From contig JBHGNT010000016.1 in the NCBI GenBank assembly GCA_043228905.1, positions 6,634,001 to 6,698,000 of the forward strand: a stretch of 64,000 nt of DNA, read 5' to 3'. Below the pieces are notes generated by a model. That model had not been told where the DNA came from. It was given only the letters and a program-made list of their open reading frames with translations, and made no database searches. Shown here piece after piece: positions 24,330 to 37,288 of this stretch. Every line of letters begins with the position of its first letter. Position 1 is the first letter of the stretch. A program made the position numbers and the translations under genes. Source of the DNA: Azolla caroliniana (lineage: Eukaryota > Plantae > Polypodiophyta).

Positions 24330-26478
24330 CATAGTTTGTCAATGGAAAAGATAACAGTTACGTATATCTCATTGCAAGAGATAGTGATGCAAATGCAAAG
24401 TGAAAATGTATGCTTGTAAAGAAAAGAAGATATTTCCAAATGTAAGAGATGAAAAAGCAAAACTTGTTTAAGCTCAAACCAAAATTAGCACGGGGACAAC
24501 TCAAGGGTAAGAAAGAAGATGTGAAAGGTTACTTTACAAATGAAGACATGTTAGAATATGTACAAAGGCTATATATGCATGAAGGTGTGGCTCCTATGGT
24601 TGAGAACATTGAAACACCATGCAATACATGTATCGATATTGATGATGTCAATCAGGGAATAATGAAGATGGCGAGCGGGAAAGCAGTAGATGTAACCTAT
24701 GTTTCAAGTGAGCTTTTAAAATGGACAAGGCACATACTTGTCATTGGATAATGACAATTATAAAGCAAGTTATAAAACAAGGTTTTCCAAATGATTGGCT
24801 TATGAATTGGATTAAACCAATCTTTAAAGTTGGAGTTAAAAAAGTATCAAATTATTGTACAATAATGTGAGCTCAACTATTGCTAAATTATAAAGCACTA
24901 CTATGGAGTAAAAGATAAGCACATGGGTTGAAAGTACAAGCAAAAGAGCACTTGGGCAAGCAGGATTTAGACCAAAACACTCCATCGTGGACCATTTGGT
25001 CACATTGAGAGTAATCATGGAAGAGAGTTGAGTACAAGAAAAAACACTTTATTGTTGTTTTGTTGATTTCAAGAAAGTTTTTGATACCGTACCACGAATT
25101 GAGCTTTGGAATAGAATGCTAGAGATTGACATGCCATTAGAGTACCGAGTTGTTGTTGCATGCCTATATGAACAAGTTAAATGCCAATTAAAAATGGATA
25201 GTGGATTCTCAAAGAACTTTTTAAGTAACATGGGGGTCAAGCAAGGATGTACACTATCAAAGACACTCTTTGGCTTATGTATTGATAAATTAGAAGAAGT
25301 GGCGAAAAAGGTTGAGAAGAGAAGAAAGATTGAATGCCCCCAAATTGATGCAATGTGTTATCTTATTGCCTTTATATGCAGATGATGTGGTACTCTTCTC
25401 ATATGATGCTGATAGTATACAACATTTACTTGGGGTATTAGAAGGACTTTGCCATAATAGTGGACTAGCAGTGATTGTGGAGAAAACAAAAATGATGGCA
25501 ATGCAAACCATCCAACCCTATCATTACCCTATGCTCACATAATAGAGGTGTGTTGGTATTGATTTACCCACCAAAAATAAATGGAGTGCATGCATTGATT
25601 GTAGGCTTCAAGCCGGTTGGAGATTGTATTACCTTTTGGAGAACCAATGCAACCAAAGTGATACTTGTGGATGGGAAGTAAAACTAATGTTGTTCAATGA
25701 CATGGTAACTCAAGTATTGCTTTATGGAGTAGAAGTATGGGGTGACACCATCTCTCTTAATGCATGGAATGAGATTGAGAAATGTCAAAAGATGTTTTTA
25801 AGGAGACAATTAGGAGTTACTAGGTTATGCTCTTGGAAACATGTGTTCGGCCCATAGAGATATTGGCACTCCAAAGGGTATATAGATACATTACAAAAGT
25901 CAAGAATATGCATTATGTGATGATTGAGGAAAGGTTGGTGGAATCATTAAGGATGAAATCGGAAGATGCTAAGAGGACAAAGCTAGAATATTACATTGTA
26001 AATGTCAACCCTGAATGTTGGTCTCAATATAAGGCAAGAATGCCTATTGATCATGTCCAACATTATCTCATTACCAATATGAGTGGTAATGCTCATAGAG
26101 CCCTCACACTACTTCGCACCCGATCTCACAAGTTAGGCATTGAAGTTGCATCATGGTATCAAAATGTAACAAATTTGAGGGCATGTAAAGTATTCAATGA
26201 AGGTATAGTAGAGGATGAATGTCACTTGCTCTTCACATGCTCGACATTGCTATTGGTTAAAGATATGATGACATATAAGTGCCATACTTAAGACACTGCC
26301 TATAAGGTTGAGCTCATATGAGCATGCCTTATTCATGCATGGAGACATTGTGCTTCAATGTATGAATACCCCTTTTTAGGAAGGGGACACATATCAAGAA
26401 CACATGTATAGTCTGGTGTCATAGCTAAGGTAAAAATTTGGCCTCTTTATGGACGATAAAAATTCTAATTCTAATTCT

Positions 26479-26482
<4 letters not shown>
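24330..26482 (+). mobile_element. 5'-truncated, decayed non-LTR retrotransposon (RTE-X-like) ORF2 with a tandem-repeat tail
   Basis: RT motifs QAGFRPKHS, FVDFKKVFDTV, GVKQGCTLS and YADDVVL. C-terminal VEDECHLLFTC. The 3' tail (ATTCTA)3 at 26462-26479 abuts (CT)n. Confidence 0.8.

Positions 26483-26543
<61 letters not shown>
26483..26543. repeat. (CT)n microsatellite
   Basis: About 30 perfect CT units. Confidence 0.95.
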
Positions 26544-26546
<3 letters not shown>

Positions 26547-28468
26547 TCCAACCCTGCTTCATAACACTTCTTTACGAGAGATCTTTTCATTGTGAGATAG
26601 ATCCTTGATTAGTTCTACGCAAGTAATACAACCTTGGTACATAATGTTTCTATAAAACATTGCAACCAATTCCAACATCCTAGTTATTAGACTTTCATTT
26701 TATCTAGAAATTTAGGTTTCACACCATAATAGTCGACACAATAACATTGTTTTCCTTATGCAATGTAACATGTGGACATCATTAGAAGAAATTACAAATT
26801 GTTTTCAACTTTCACATATTTAAGCTTGAGTTTCAATCTTGAATGGGAGTATTTTTGTAGCCTAAATAAACTCATGGCGATGATTAATATAAGGATCATG
26901 CATTGTCTTTCAGAATTCCTTTTGAGCTGCTCATAAAAACATCATGAAAACACAAGAATGAAACAGTTCCTACTAGAAACATGCGAGTTAGAATCATGGT
27001 GACTTAAACTAACAATATTATCTAAATGATGCCAAAAAATATTTAGTTCTAAAAATACAATATTTTTCACTAGATAACGTTGTACTTTTAGCTTTAAAGA
27101 CCTAAACGACAACTTTACCTAGTGAATATTTTTTCTAGACATAATGTTGAACAAAGCATCGTTAAGGTCATCTTTGCCAAAAAACATTTCTATACTAATG
27201 AGATACTACCATTACCGCCTAATCGTTTAGGCGCCCAACCCGTAAGCGCAACTACCCACTTGCAAGGACACATGCTCTCCATCATTGGTGCAAAAAAATA
27301 TGTTTTCTTAAACACTTATCTTAGTGGCATGAAACCATGGTGTTCCTTGAGAATACTAACAATAATAATCTCACATTATAGCTGGAGGCATCAGACTATG
27401 GTGCTCAAAGGTGTTATGGCCTACATTGAAACTTATGTCCTCAAAGAGAATAAGCATTTTCCAATGGTCCAATGAGATATTTTCATATTGAGTAGTTTTG
27501 ACGCATCAATTCCTTGACCAACCTATGGCACTATAAGTGTGCTAAAAATGATTTTGATACCAAAGAAGGTTACTTTAAATCACATATTTATTGTTGTAAC
27601 TTTTCTTTGGGAGCATCACTCATGTTCCTAATATTTAACTCTTTATTGTATATTGGTCAAAAGCCTATGTTTGAATGTATGTGAAAGCATCATATCACAT
27701 TCCTAACTATATGTTATTGATAATATTATCTTCAGTTGCCAAATCAAAGTGCCATCTAACTAAATATTGATCAAATGGGCAATGAAAAATACAAATGGTG
27801 CCTTTTAGGAAGGGTGGTCATACCAACTTTTAATGATACAAGTTATTGTGACTAGATACTATTGAGATTGTTTGTAGAAGGAGATGTGTGTTACTGTCTC
27901 TATAAAGAGAGGAATGTGGCCAATGAGACCAAACCAATGTGTTGTATGCTTTCTTGATAAATGAAAATTAACATACAATAAATAGAGACACTAAAGGTAA
28001 AATTGTTCATGTTGATGCATGCTAAGCTTTATGAGACATCTCATGTCTTATGTTCTATCGTGCTTGTAGAGTCTCGACTTAGGCCTTTGATGCTCCCTAA
28101 TGGTAGCTTAATGTTTGTGCCTCATTATTTTGTTAGATCTTTCAAAAGTAATCCATTTAACTAATCTCAATTGCCTCAAATATACTCAATTTGGGATTCA
28201 TAATTTGTGCGTGTGGCATATTTATATTTAACGTGTTATTTTGTATACACTTCAAAAAAGGCTATAATTTGAAACAACCAAACTTTTGTTTGATCAACAA
28301 AAACCCAAACGAGACTAAGGAATCTTTATCGGCATCCTGTATCACATGGACACATGGGATCGTTACCATCATGTACAACAATGTGAACCTCTAATCTTTA
28401 TGAAATATTGTTTGATCGATCAAAACACAACATAGAGATAGGGTTGGAACAAAACCCTAACGAACAAA

Positions 28469-28618
28469 TTGCACTATCATTTTGTCAACAAAAGTAACGT
28501 AACAATGTAGCACTAGCTTCTAGTAACATCATAAGATATTAACTTGCACTATCATTTTGTTGACAAAAGTAACACAACAATGTACCACTATCTTATAGTA
28601 ACATTGTAAGATATTAAA
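28469..28618. repeat. Tandem duplication of about 75 bp
   Basis: ttgcactatcattttgt...aagatattaa occurs twice. Confidence 0.8.
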
Positions 28619-28817
28619 CGTGAATTCTACTGGAATCGACACTCAAAGCATTGTCTAACTTCTAGGATCATTATTACATGAGAATAAAAGGATGACCAAA
28701 CAACTTGTGTTTTCTTATGATTGATATGTCATTAATCATGATAACTTTCAATAATACATAGATACCATAAAGTCTTTTGTTCCATTATGTATATAATGAA
28801 AAAGTATGAATACTAAG

Positions 28818-28857
<40 letters not shown>

Positions 28858-30246
28858 CCAAAAAAAACTCCTTCCATTAGTTATAAATTTTTACAAATGA
28901 GACAATTATGTACAAAGGCCTGTAGGGACGCGATAGTTCCATCTTATGTGGATGCCCATTGACTCAAGAAAGGGAGAGGACAACCATTGTTGAATGAAGG
29001 CTATTTTGTTGTCTTTCAACTCCATCGGAGCCACCCTTGAGGCCATCATATTGGCTCTTTAGAGTGGCTACAATTTCACACCATATCTCTTGCAGTAACC
29101 TTGTTGGATGCACGGTTTGGTTGGAGAAGACCCATCTACACCGTTGTTTCCATAGAATCCAAAGAGTTATTGGGTTGACCAATTCCAACACAACTTGAGA
29201 TTTGTCATTAAGAGGAGTTGAGTGGACATTGCTGTTGGTGGCGAAAAAAACCTCTTGTGCTTTTATCACCAAATTCATCCCCTCCTCTTGATGCTCGTAT
29301 CTGCCAAATGGGGTCTGCCATGATAGCCAACATATATTTCCCCACTTGATTGAGCCTTGCACCTGGCATAATTGCAACAAGCGGCCAACCCCCCGCCATA
29401 TTCGATGAGACGCAAGGCAGTCCCACAGAGCGTGTCCTATTGATTCTATTGCATTTGGGCACTCTACACAATTAGGAGAGCTAAGGTCCCCACGTTGCCA
29501 TGCTCCCACCGGTAGGGACTTATGCATTAATAGCCATTGGAATGTGGTAATTCGCCTCGCGTGTTGTTGTTTCCAGATTTTCTGCCAAAACTTGGTGATA
29601 ATTGTGGGAGGAACTTGAAATGTGTGCCAGACCTTTGCAGCAGCCGGCTCTTGGGCGGTTTGAGCAGCTAGAATGTGGCTACCCAATCTAGTTGTGAATT
29701 GGAAGAAAGGGATGGGTTTGCTTCCTTGCCCCGCGTAAGGATCACGCTATGTCCATTGGAAAGGGTTCCAACTGACCTTACGTAGCCATGTGTTTTCATG
29801 AGTACATATGTCCCAATCGGGTTGTACTTTGATCGGATCTGGATCTACAATCCATTTATGACTAATATACCCGAGTACTCGAACTGCATTATTCTGTGTT
29901 GGTGTCTGAGTGTCTCGCAATTCAGAGCCTTCGATCCTGTCTGGTGTTCCCCTACCTCTTTGGATCAGAGATCCCTCCTCCTCGTGGCCTATCCATTTCT
30001 CCATTGTCATCCTTTGAGTAGTAGTTTCCCTAGTCAGTAGAGCATTAATGATTTTCGATCTCATAATCCATCCGCCCCTGATTCCATGGAGTATATTGGC
30101 TTGATCTTGTAGTGGTAGTGACATAAACTGTCGCCAACATTCTATACTTTTTCTTGGACCTTCTACAATGTATCCCCATAACAGCCCCTTACGTGATCCC
30201 AGTAGTTGATTAGATTCATCCTTGGTACATGAGTTCCATGGGATAC

Positions 30247-33200
30247 TGAAAGAGAGATGATGATAGAAAAGAGAGAGAAGGAAGATATAGAAACCCAAAT
30301 CTACAAAGATATATTAATAAGGAGTGATGATCATAGAAACAAGAGAAAGAAGATACATAAACTCAAGCCTACAAGGATCAATTGATAACAACTCAACCAA
30401 CACTACGTGAATAGGCAAGAAAACATCACAAGAAAAAAGCTCTCTTCACCACCTCACTCTTCTTGCTTTATATGATGTTCTCCTCTAGTAGATAAGTTTC
30501 GCTTGCTTTCTTTTCCACGCTTTTTTTAGAGCTTTTCCATCTCCTATTCTTAGCTATGACACAACGATCTTCTAATCGTCATATCTCCCTCATCCATGCT
30601 CCAAATTTAGAGTTTTAAAAAGCTACGGATAGCTCTCTTCACAACCTTTCTAACCCATATTTACACGTGATATTTGGGTGTCAAACGAGAGAGTTATGAG
30701 CGTTGGTTTCTGACTGCTTTTTGGTGGTCTGCTTTTTCCTTCTTTTACTTTTCTCCATCTTTCTTGCTTTTAGTTTGACTTATACTTGAAACCTTGATTC
30801 GTGTTCTTGGCCTTCGGGTGTGAATGCTCCATACCTTATATTTTTGTAGACTTCAATACCTTGAATTCTAAAAACACTTTCACATTTAGCCCTCCCCCTT
30901 GCTTTTTGGTGAACCATTTATGGTGAACCCTAAGCTACTAATAAAACTAAAGGTTATCCTTCGCCTTATTCATGGCTATAGACAAAGAAGGAGAAAATAA
31001 ATAGAAAAGAAACAAACTATGTGAGTAAAACCCTCGCTAGTCGATAGGAAAAACCTCACACTTCTAAACACACACACATACACATTGACAATTGCCATCA
31101 CCATCTTTCTCCTTGTCAACACAAAGAAAGAGGTTACAACAATTAGTATATCTTCATCAACTTTCCAAACAGAAGTAGGTCTATGTGATACATAACTCTT
31201 GATAGAAGTAAGCATGTTAACATATGAATAAATCTTTCGAGCGAGCGAACCTTTTGTACAAATACCTTCAAAGCTTCGAGACTTGTCAGAATTGTCATAT
31301 TTTGAATTACGTCGATCTTTGCTTCATCAACATGACTTTCTTCTTGGCACACCACATTCTCCACATTACCTTGTTTTGTATGTATGACCATTTCATCTAG
31401 AATCTCATCTTGAAAAGGAAGCAAAAATAAATCTCGTTTGGTTGAATCATTCAAGGGTTGGAAGTTGACGTCTTTCTCCTTTGGAACAACCACAATAAGT
31501 GAGACAAACTTCAAATTCTCCAACTTGATGTGGTGTTTGATGCCTTCTACTCTTATCTGTGAATAGTCATTTATGAATAACTTTGTAAACTTAAAAAAAA
31601 GAGAAATAAACCTTAGATCCTCTTCTCCTTGGATATCGTTTGAAATCATCTTCTTTTTCCCCTTTAGGGTGATAATACTTTTCTCTTCAATGACTTCTTC
31701 TTCCTCCTTAGATACCATGTGGAATGATTTGTTTTCCCTATCCCATGAAGATTCATCAATTGTTATGCTTTCCTCTTCTTGATTGCCATTGTCGATAGAT
31801 GATTCCTTCTCCTTTATACATTTGATTAGTTGTGGTGGATCCTTTGATGGTGATAAGTTAATGATACTCCAATCATGCATTACAAGTAATTCTCTTTGCT
31901 CTTGATCAAATTGTTGTTGAAGAGTTGATGCCCACATAACTTTGTTGCCACTCAATGCAAAGCCAAAACACAAATCTTGCACGAACACCTTCATACACTG
32001 CAACTTGGCACTTACCAATGCTTCCTTACATGCATTGATCTCCAAAAGCCAATCTCCAGCTATCACTTCCAGGTTACCTTCTTCATCTTGCAACTCCCTT
32101 GTGGGTACTTCACCATCAACAACTTCTTTTGTCATATCTTCCATTTCATCTTGCACATATTCATCATCAACTACCATATCGCTTGTTGTATCAATAATGC
32201 CCTCAACATGATGTACATTGGCATCACCATCCATAACATCGCTTCTCATAACAATCTCATTAGATTCGTCTTTCACATCATCATTCTTTATATCATGGTT
32301 GTCCTCATGAACTAGATGGGGGAACTCCACATTCATCACCTCTTCTTCATTGTCTCTGGAATCACCTTCATAGACATCATTATAACTCCAAAAATTAGAA
32401 TAATGATATGAGGGAACCTGTTGAATCGGACATTGCAAGTATGTTGGTTGTTGGCTCATGACCGATCCACAATCATTATAGCTTGGATTTATGGTATATG
32501 ACATCGATACTCCATATGCTTCACCGAATAACAACTTCTTCAATTGTTGATCATAACTTTGACATACTCGAAGCAAATCATGGAAAGACCTTGGGTACTT
32601 CATATGCACTTCATATTGAAAATATGGATCTAGCCCTGCTTTGAATCTTTCCATCTTGAAGTATACATCTTCAACGCCTCCAACAAGTCCAATCCAAGTG
32701 GACCATATATCCAAAAATGTCTTCTCATACTCGAGGTAGCACATTGGTGAAACCATACGCAATTGGAAAAGTTCTCTTCGTAGATCTGTCGCATCGTGAA
32801 CTCCATATCTTGCCATTAGTTTGATGATGAATCGGTAGATACAACCATCAATTAGTGGACAACCGTTCCTCCCGTTATACAGAAAGGATCGGCCCTCCCT
32901 GGAGCGCCAAAATGAAAAGAGAGATGATGATAGAAAAGAGAGAGAAGGAAGATATAGAAACCCAAATCTACAAAGATATATTAATAAGGAGTGATGATCA
33001 TAGAAACAAGAGAAAGAAGATACATAAACTCAAGCCTACAAGGATCAATTGATAACAACTCAACCAACACTACGTGAATAGGCAAGAAAACATCACAAGA
33101 AAAAAGCTCTCTTCACCACCTCACTCTTCTTGCTTTATATGATGTTCTCCTCTAGTAGATAAGTGTCGCTTGCTTTCTTTTCCACGCTTTTTTTAGAGCT

Positions 33201-33551
33201 TTTCCATCTCCTATTCTTAGCTATGACACAACGATCTTCTAATCGTCATATCTCCCTCATCCATGCTCCAAATTTAGAGTTTTAAAAAGCTACGGATAGC
33301 TCTCTTCACAACCTTTCTAACCCATATTTACACGTGATATTTGGGTGTCAAACGAGAGAGTTATGAGCGTTGGTTTCTGACTGCTTTTTGGTGGTCTGCT
33401 TTTTCCTTCTTTTACTTTTCTCCATCTTTCTTGCTTTTAGTTTGACTTATACTTGAAACCTTGATTCGTGTTCTTGGCCTTCGGGTGTGAATGCTCCATA
33501 CCTTATATTTTTGTAGACTTCAATACCTTGAATTCTAAAAACACTTTCACA
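30247..33551 (-). mobile_element. Young non-autonomous LTR retrotransposon (gag-only, TR-GAG-like), 3.3 kb
   Basis: Near-identical LTRs at 30247-30884 and 32913-33551. 5-bp TSD GATAC. PBS TGGCGCTCCAGGGAGGG (tRNA-Arg-like) at 32893-32909. PPT AAGGGGGAGGGC at about 30889-30900. Confidence 0.92.
31143..32816 (-). CDS. 557-aa Gag-like protein with acidic linker and in-frame RT remnants
   Basis: N-terminal gag-like region (LFQLRM...ERFKAGL...PRSFHDL). C-terminal gypsy RT shards (IKHHIKL, IVVVPK, LNDSTKRDLFLLPFQDEILDEM, VDEAKIDVIQNM). No YxDD motif. Confidence 0.7.
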   Translation of the reverse strand: MARYGVHDATDLRRELFQLRMVSPMCYLEYEKTFLDIWSTWIGLVGGVEDVYFKMERFKAGLDPYFQYEVHMKYPRSFHDLLRVCQSYDQQLKKLLFGEAYGVSMSYTINPSYNDCGSVMSQQPTYLQCPIQQVPSYHYSNFWSYNDVYEGDSRDNEEEVMNVEFPHLVHEDNHDIKNDDVKDESNEIVMRSDVMDGDANVHHVEGIIDTTSDMVVDDEYVQDEMEDMTKEVVDGEVPTRELQDEEGNLEVIAGDWLLEINACKEALVSAKLQCMKVFVQDLCFGFALSGNKVMWASTLQQQFDQEQRELLVMHDWSIINLSPSKDPPQLIKCIKEKESSIDNGNQEEESITIDESSWDRENKSFHMVSKEEEEVIEEKSIITLKGKKKMISNDIQGEEDLRFISLFFKFTKLFINDYSQIRVEGIKHHIKLENLKFVSLIVVVPKEKDVNFQPLNDSTKRDLFLLPFQDEILDEMVIHTKQGNVENVVCQEESHVDEAKIDVIQNMTILTSLEALKVFVQKVRSLERFIHMLTCLLLSRVMYHIDLLLFGKLMKIY

Positions 33552-36500
33552 GATACGTTGACTGAGCCAGGCAGGTTCGGAACTCGGTTGATTGCACTTG
33601 AGCCCTCATCTAATGTCACACCATGCCTTGGACATGGATGCACTGAATCTATCCTCCAATTGGCGGGAGAAACTAGGTTTGAGATCCATGCTTAGAATCC
33701 ATCCCGTTTGGGGGGCCCAATTCACCCCTTTTCGTGGCCTAATGTAAGCGAAACGTAACCACAGTAGCATTTTCGAACAATCATTTCCTACTTGGAGTCC
33801 TCGCACCACAATTTTGGCAAGTACGACTTTTGATTGTGAAAGGGGATCAATAAGACCCAATCCCCCTCTCGACTTAGGCGATGTGAGTATAGGCCATGCC
33901 ACCTTGGCGCGAGTTACATGGTCTTCCTTACCAGACCAAATGTAGTTGCGGACCAATCGTTGAATCTGATGTATACTTTCCTTGGAGATTGTCCAACATG
34001 ATAGACTGTACCATGCTGTTGTGAGTAGTACCTGGTTTGCCACTATGATGCGTCCCACTAGCGACAGTTTTTTCAAACTCCAATGTATCAACTTTTTTCA
34101 AATGGAATGGATAACGGGTGCAATCATAGTCTCCGGTGGTATGTTGAAACCAATTTGGAAACCCAAATATTTGGTGCTCGCTCCTTGATTGATCCATTTG
34201 AAAGCGGGATGTGGGTGCCACGCCGGATGTGTTTCATGAGAAAGCCATATTGCACAGGATTTGTGCCAATTGATCATGGCATTAGATCTCTTGCAAAATA
34301 CGGCTAACCCACTTTCTAGCTTTTGGAGGTTTTCCAAGTCCCCTTGCAAGTAGACCGATGTGTCATCTGCAAATTCTATATCCAGGATGCTTTGGTGAGA
34401 ATGAGATACGGGAAGACCACGTAGGTTGCCGCAAGTTGAGAAAGCAAGAGAGTGCTTCGGTGTATAATAGAAATAAGGATGGAGCTAGTGGGCATCCCTA
34501 TCATCTAGATTGGGATATTCGGAAAAAGGGGCCCCTTTCACTTGCCAGTGACACACAACTGTTGTTGTTCCTATAAAGTCCTACAATGCCTTTTATCCAT
34601 GTCTCTTGAAAGTCGAGTTTCCCCATCACACTTTCTAGAAAGTTCCAGCATACCCTATCATATGCTTTCTCAAAATCTAATGGCACCACTGCTACCTTGT
34701 TGTTGGTATACTTGGCACCACTCTTCGGCACCACTCTTCGGCACCCGCTACTTGTAGGCGGATGCGGTCCTAGAATGTTGCCCTTTCTGTTCTACTATTT
34801 GGAGACTAAACATTCATGAAATTCCAGCATTGCCCTTGGATGGCCAACGTGCAAAAATGTGCCCTACCAGGTATAAGTGATTCCTGGTGTATTAAGCCTT
34901 GGGCTAGATGTTCCCGAACCAAAGTGCAAATACCACCATGATTTCCATCCTCCCCTATTGCTAGCTCCCAAATTGTTTGCCATAATCCTGGTAGAAGGTC
35001 TCCGACTTCCTTTAACTCCGTGTTATCGAGGTGGTGTTCCTGCAACATGATGATGTCAGTAACACTCCCTAAAAAATACTCTTCAAGATCCCTTGTCAGT
35101 TTCCATCTGTATTGCTGATCTAGTCGACTTCTGGGCCCTTGGACGTTCCATGTTACAATCTTCATACTCATGGAATGTGGTGGGAGATTGCCAGTTGATC
35201 CTGGTGCTTTACAGAACAGGTTGTGAGTGGGGAGGGGAGCACTCACCATTTAGACATCCAGTCATTGCCAGGGATGGAATGTTAGTTCAAATCCAAGAGT
35301 GGAGTTTGTGAGCTATCCGGTGAGCTTCAATAGTCCCTTCCTGGTTCTCATCGAAATAGAAGAAGCCTAGAGTTAGTTGGGGGTCTATGATAATCCGTAG
35401 GTGGATGTGGCAGAGATGAGGTTCCTCTTCATCCATGGTGCACCAGAATTCTGTGTTATTCCAATGCTTCTTTAGTTCGTTCATGAGGGCTTCATCTCTT
35501 TTTTTTGTGACAAAACAAGCTGCTTGACTGCATAGGGTATCTTTGACCTTGGACTTGGACCAGTCCTCTTGTGCCGGAAGCAAGAGTGGAAAAGAAATTG
35601 AGGTCATCGATACTCCATTCTTGTGTACCGCCGATACATGTACCCTTGTCCACTGTTGTATGCCCTATACCTAGCCACTTCAGGGCATTTTACGGGTGTG
35701 GTTCAAGGTCCTAGCTAGATGTAACACACTCATTTATGGATGGGAAGGGTATGATTTGAGGCGTGATATTCAAACTACTGCCTTGGTTTTTTGTTTCTCT
35801 ATTGGGCATAGTTCCGTTAAAGCTTCACATTAGGGTCTTAACATGACTTATCCTTCGCCGCTTCCCTGTTTTGTAAGCTTTAATGAGGATATTCTCTTGT
35901 GTGTTTGGAGTCACCTTGGGTCTTTCATTGGGGCTTAAGAAAGCACTAGAGGAGTGCTCATCTGTAGGGGGGAGCTCTTGTAGTAGATCAAAACGATTGG
36001 GGCTCACTGGCGATGGAGTATTTTGCGATTGTGGAGTTTTAGGTAGGACATGGGATTTCCCCACCACTCACCATTCCATCACAACCTTATCGGGTTGTGG
36101 TGGGGGAGGCTTTTGATTTCCTATGGGGTAGGTCTTCATGGTGGGATCCTTAATGCGTCTCGTGGGGCAATTCTTTTTAAAATGACTGGAAGCTTTTTGC
36201 ATGCAAAACATTGTCTCGGTGCGCTGATCACTTCAATGCGTTGTTCAATCTGTATTCCGTTTTCCCCTGGAATGAGGATCTTGTGGGGTAGTTCTTTTTA
36301 AAATGACTGGAAGCTTTTTGCATGCAAAACATTGTCACGGTGCGCTGATCACTTCAATGCGTTGTTCAATCTGTATTCCGTTTTCCCCTGGAATGAGGAT
36401 CTTGTGTGAATGTTAAGGTGCGGAAGCTTTAGACAGAACCGGCTCAGCGGGTAGCAACAGAGAATAAGATGAAGGTTTAATGGAGAACTTAATACACAGA

Positions 36501-37288
36501 GAATACGTGTGGGAGAGACAGAGAGAGCAGAACATACACTTAATTCAAAATATCACTCTAAAACTCTGTAACTCTATACATAAAACGTGCTAAACAACAC
36601 TATTTATACAAAGTCCATAAAGGACTGACAGAAGTATTGACAAGTACTTCAATATTCCTACGTGCGACTAATACTAACTACGAGACAATGATTAACTAGT
36701 AGTCTAGGCTACTACTAGGCTTCCGATTATCGCTCTGATCCGGCTCACCGATCCGGATCTGGTTGAGCTTGCTGCTCAACACTCCTCCTCAAGCTCAACT
36801 TGAGGTCGGATCGTGGTGTCAGTGTCAGTGGCAGCCGGTTCTTCTACGTGGCTCCATCTGGCGTTGCTCCGCCTTGCGTGTGCTCCTCGTCCGGTCCGGT
36901 CCTATTTGCCGCAACCCTTCTAGTTCTGCGCACCTCAAACTCCTCAGCCGACTTGTCTGCTCAACAGGCCCATTTCAACAGGCCCATTTCAGCTCCCTCG
37001 CTGCCGCGATTCCGGCGCTTGTCGACCCATCGGTTCATTCGTGTTGGTGTCGACTTCAACTACGTCCGTGTCCGTTTGGTATTTAGTTGATCCGGCTTCT
37101 CCAAATCTTGAACCGAATCGGTTTCCTTTGATTCGTTCAAGCTCTTGTCCGAATCGATTGCTCCTTATTTGTTCTAGTTCTTGTCTGAGTCGGTGTTCTC
37201 CAACTCGTCTTGCGGTTTCAGGCCCTTCACCAAATCAGACCATGTCCGGGTCTTGGGCTTCTCGTTCCGGTCGGCTTTGTCCTTCTTG

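Larger units (their letters stand above)
28900..36404 (-). mobile_element. Decayed L1-clade LINE (ORF1 remnant, APE endonuclease, RT, zf-RVT), interrupted by an LTR element
   Basis: Endonuclease MKIVTWNVQG...LQEHHL at 34806-35249. RT LDFEKAYDRV and FADDT at about 34350-34700. LSLVGRIIVANQVL...GGLGL at 33606-34091. zf-RVT ESIGHALWDC at 28964-29686. A 121-bp tandem duplication lies at about 36175-36404. Confidence 0.85.

Noticed and set aside
26550-28460. Short ORFs in an AT-rich intergenic stretch
   Set aside because: No recognisable domains or splice-consistent structure.
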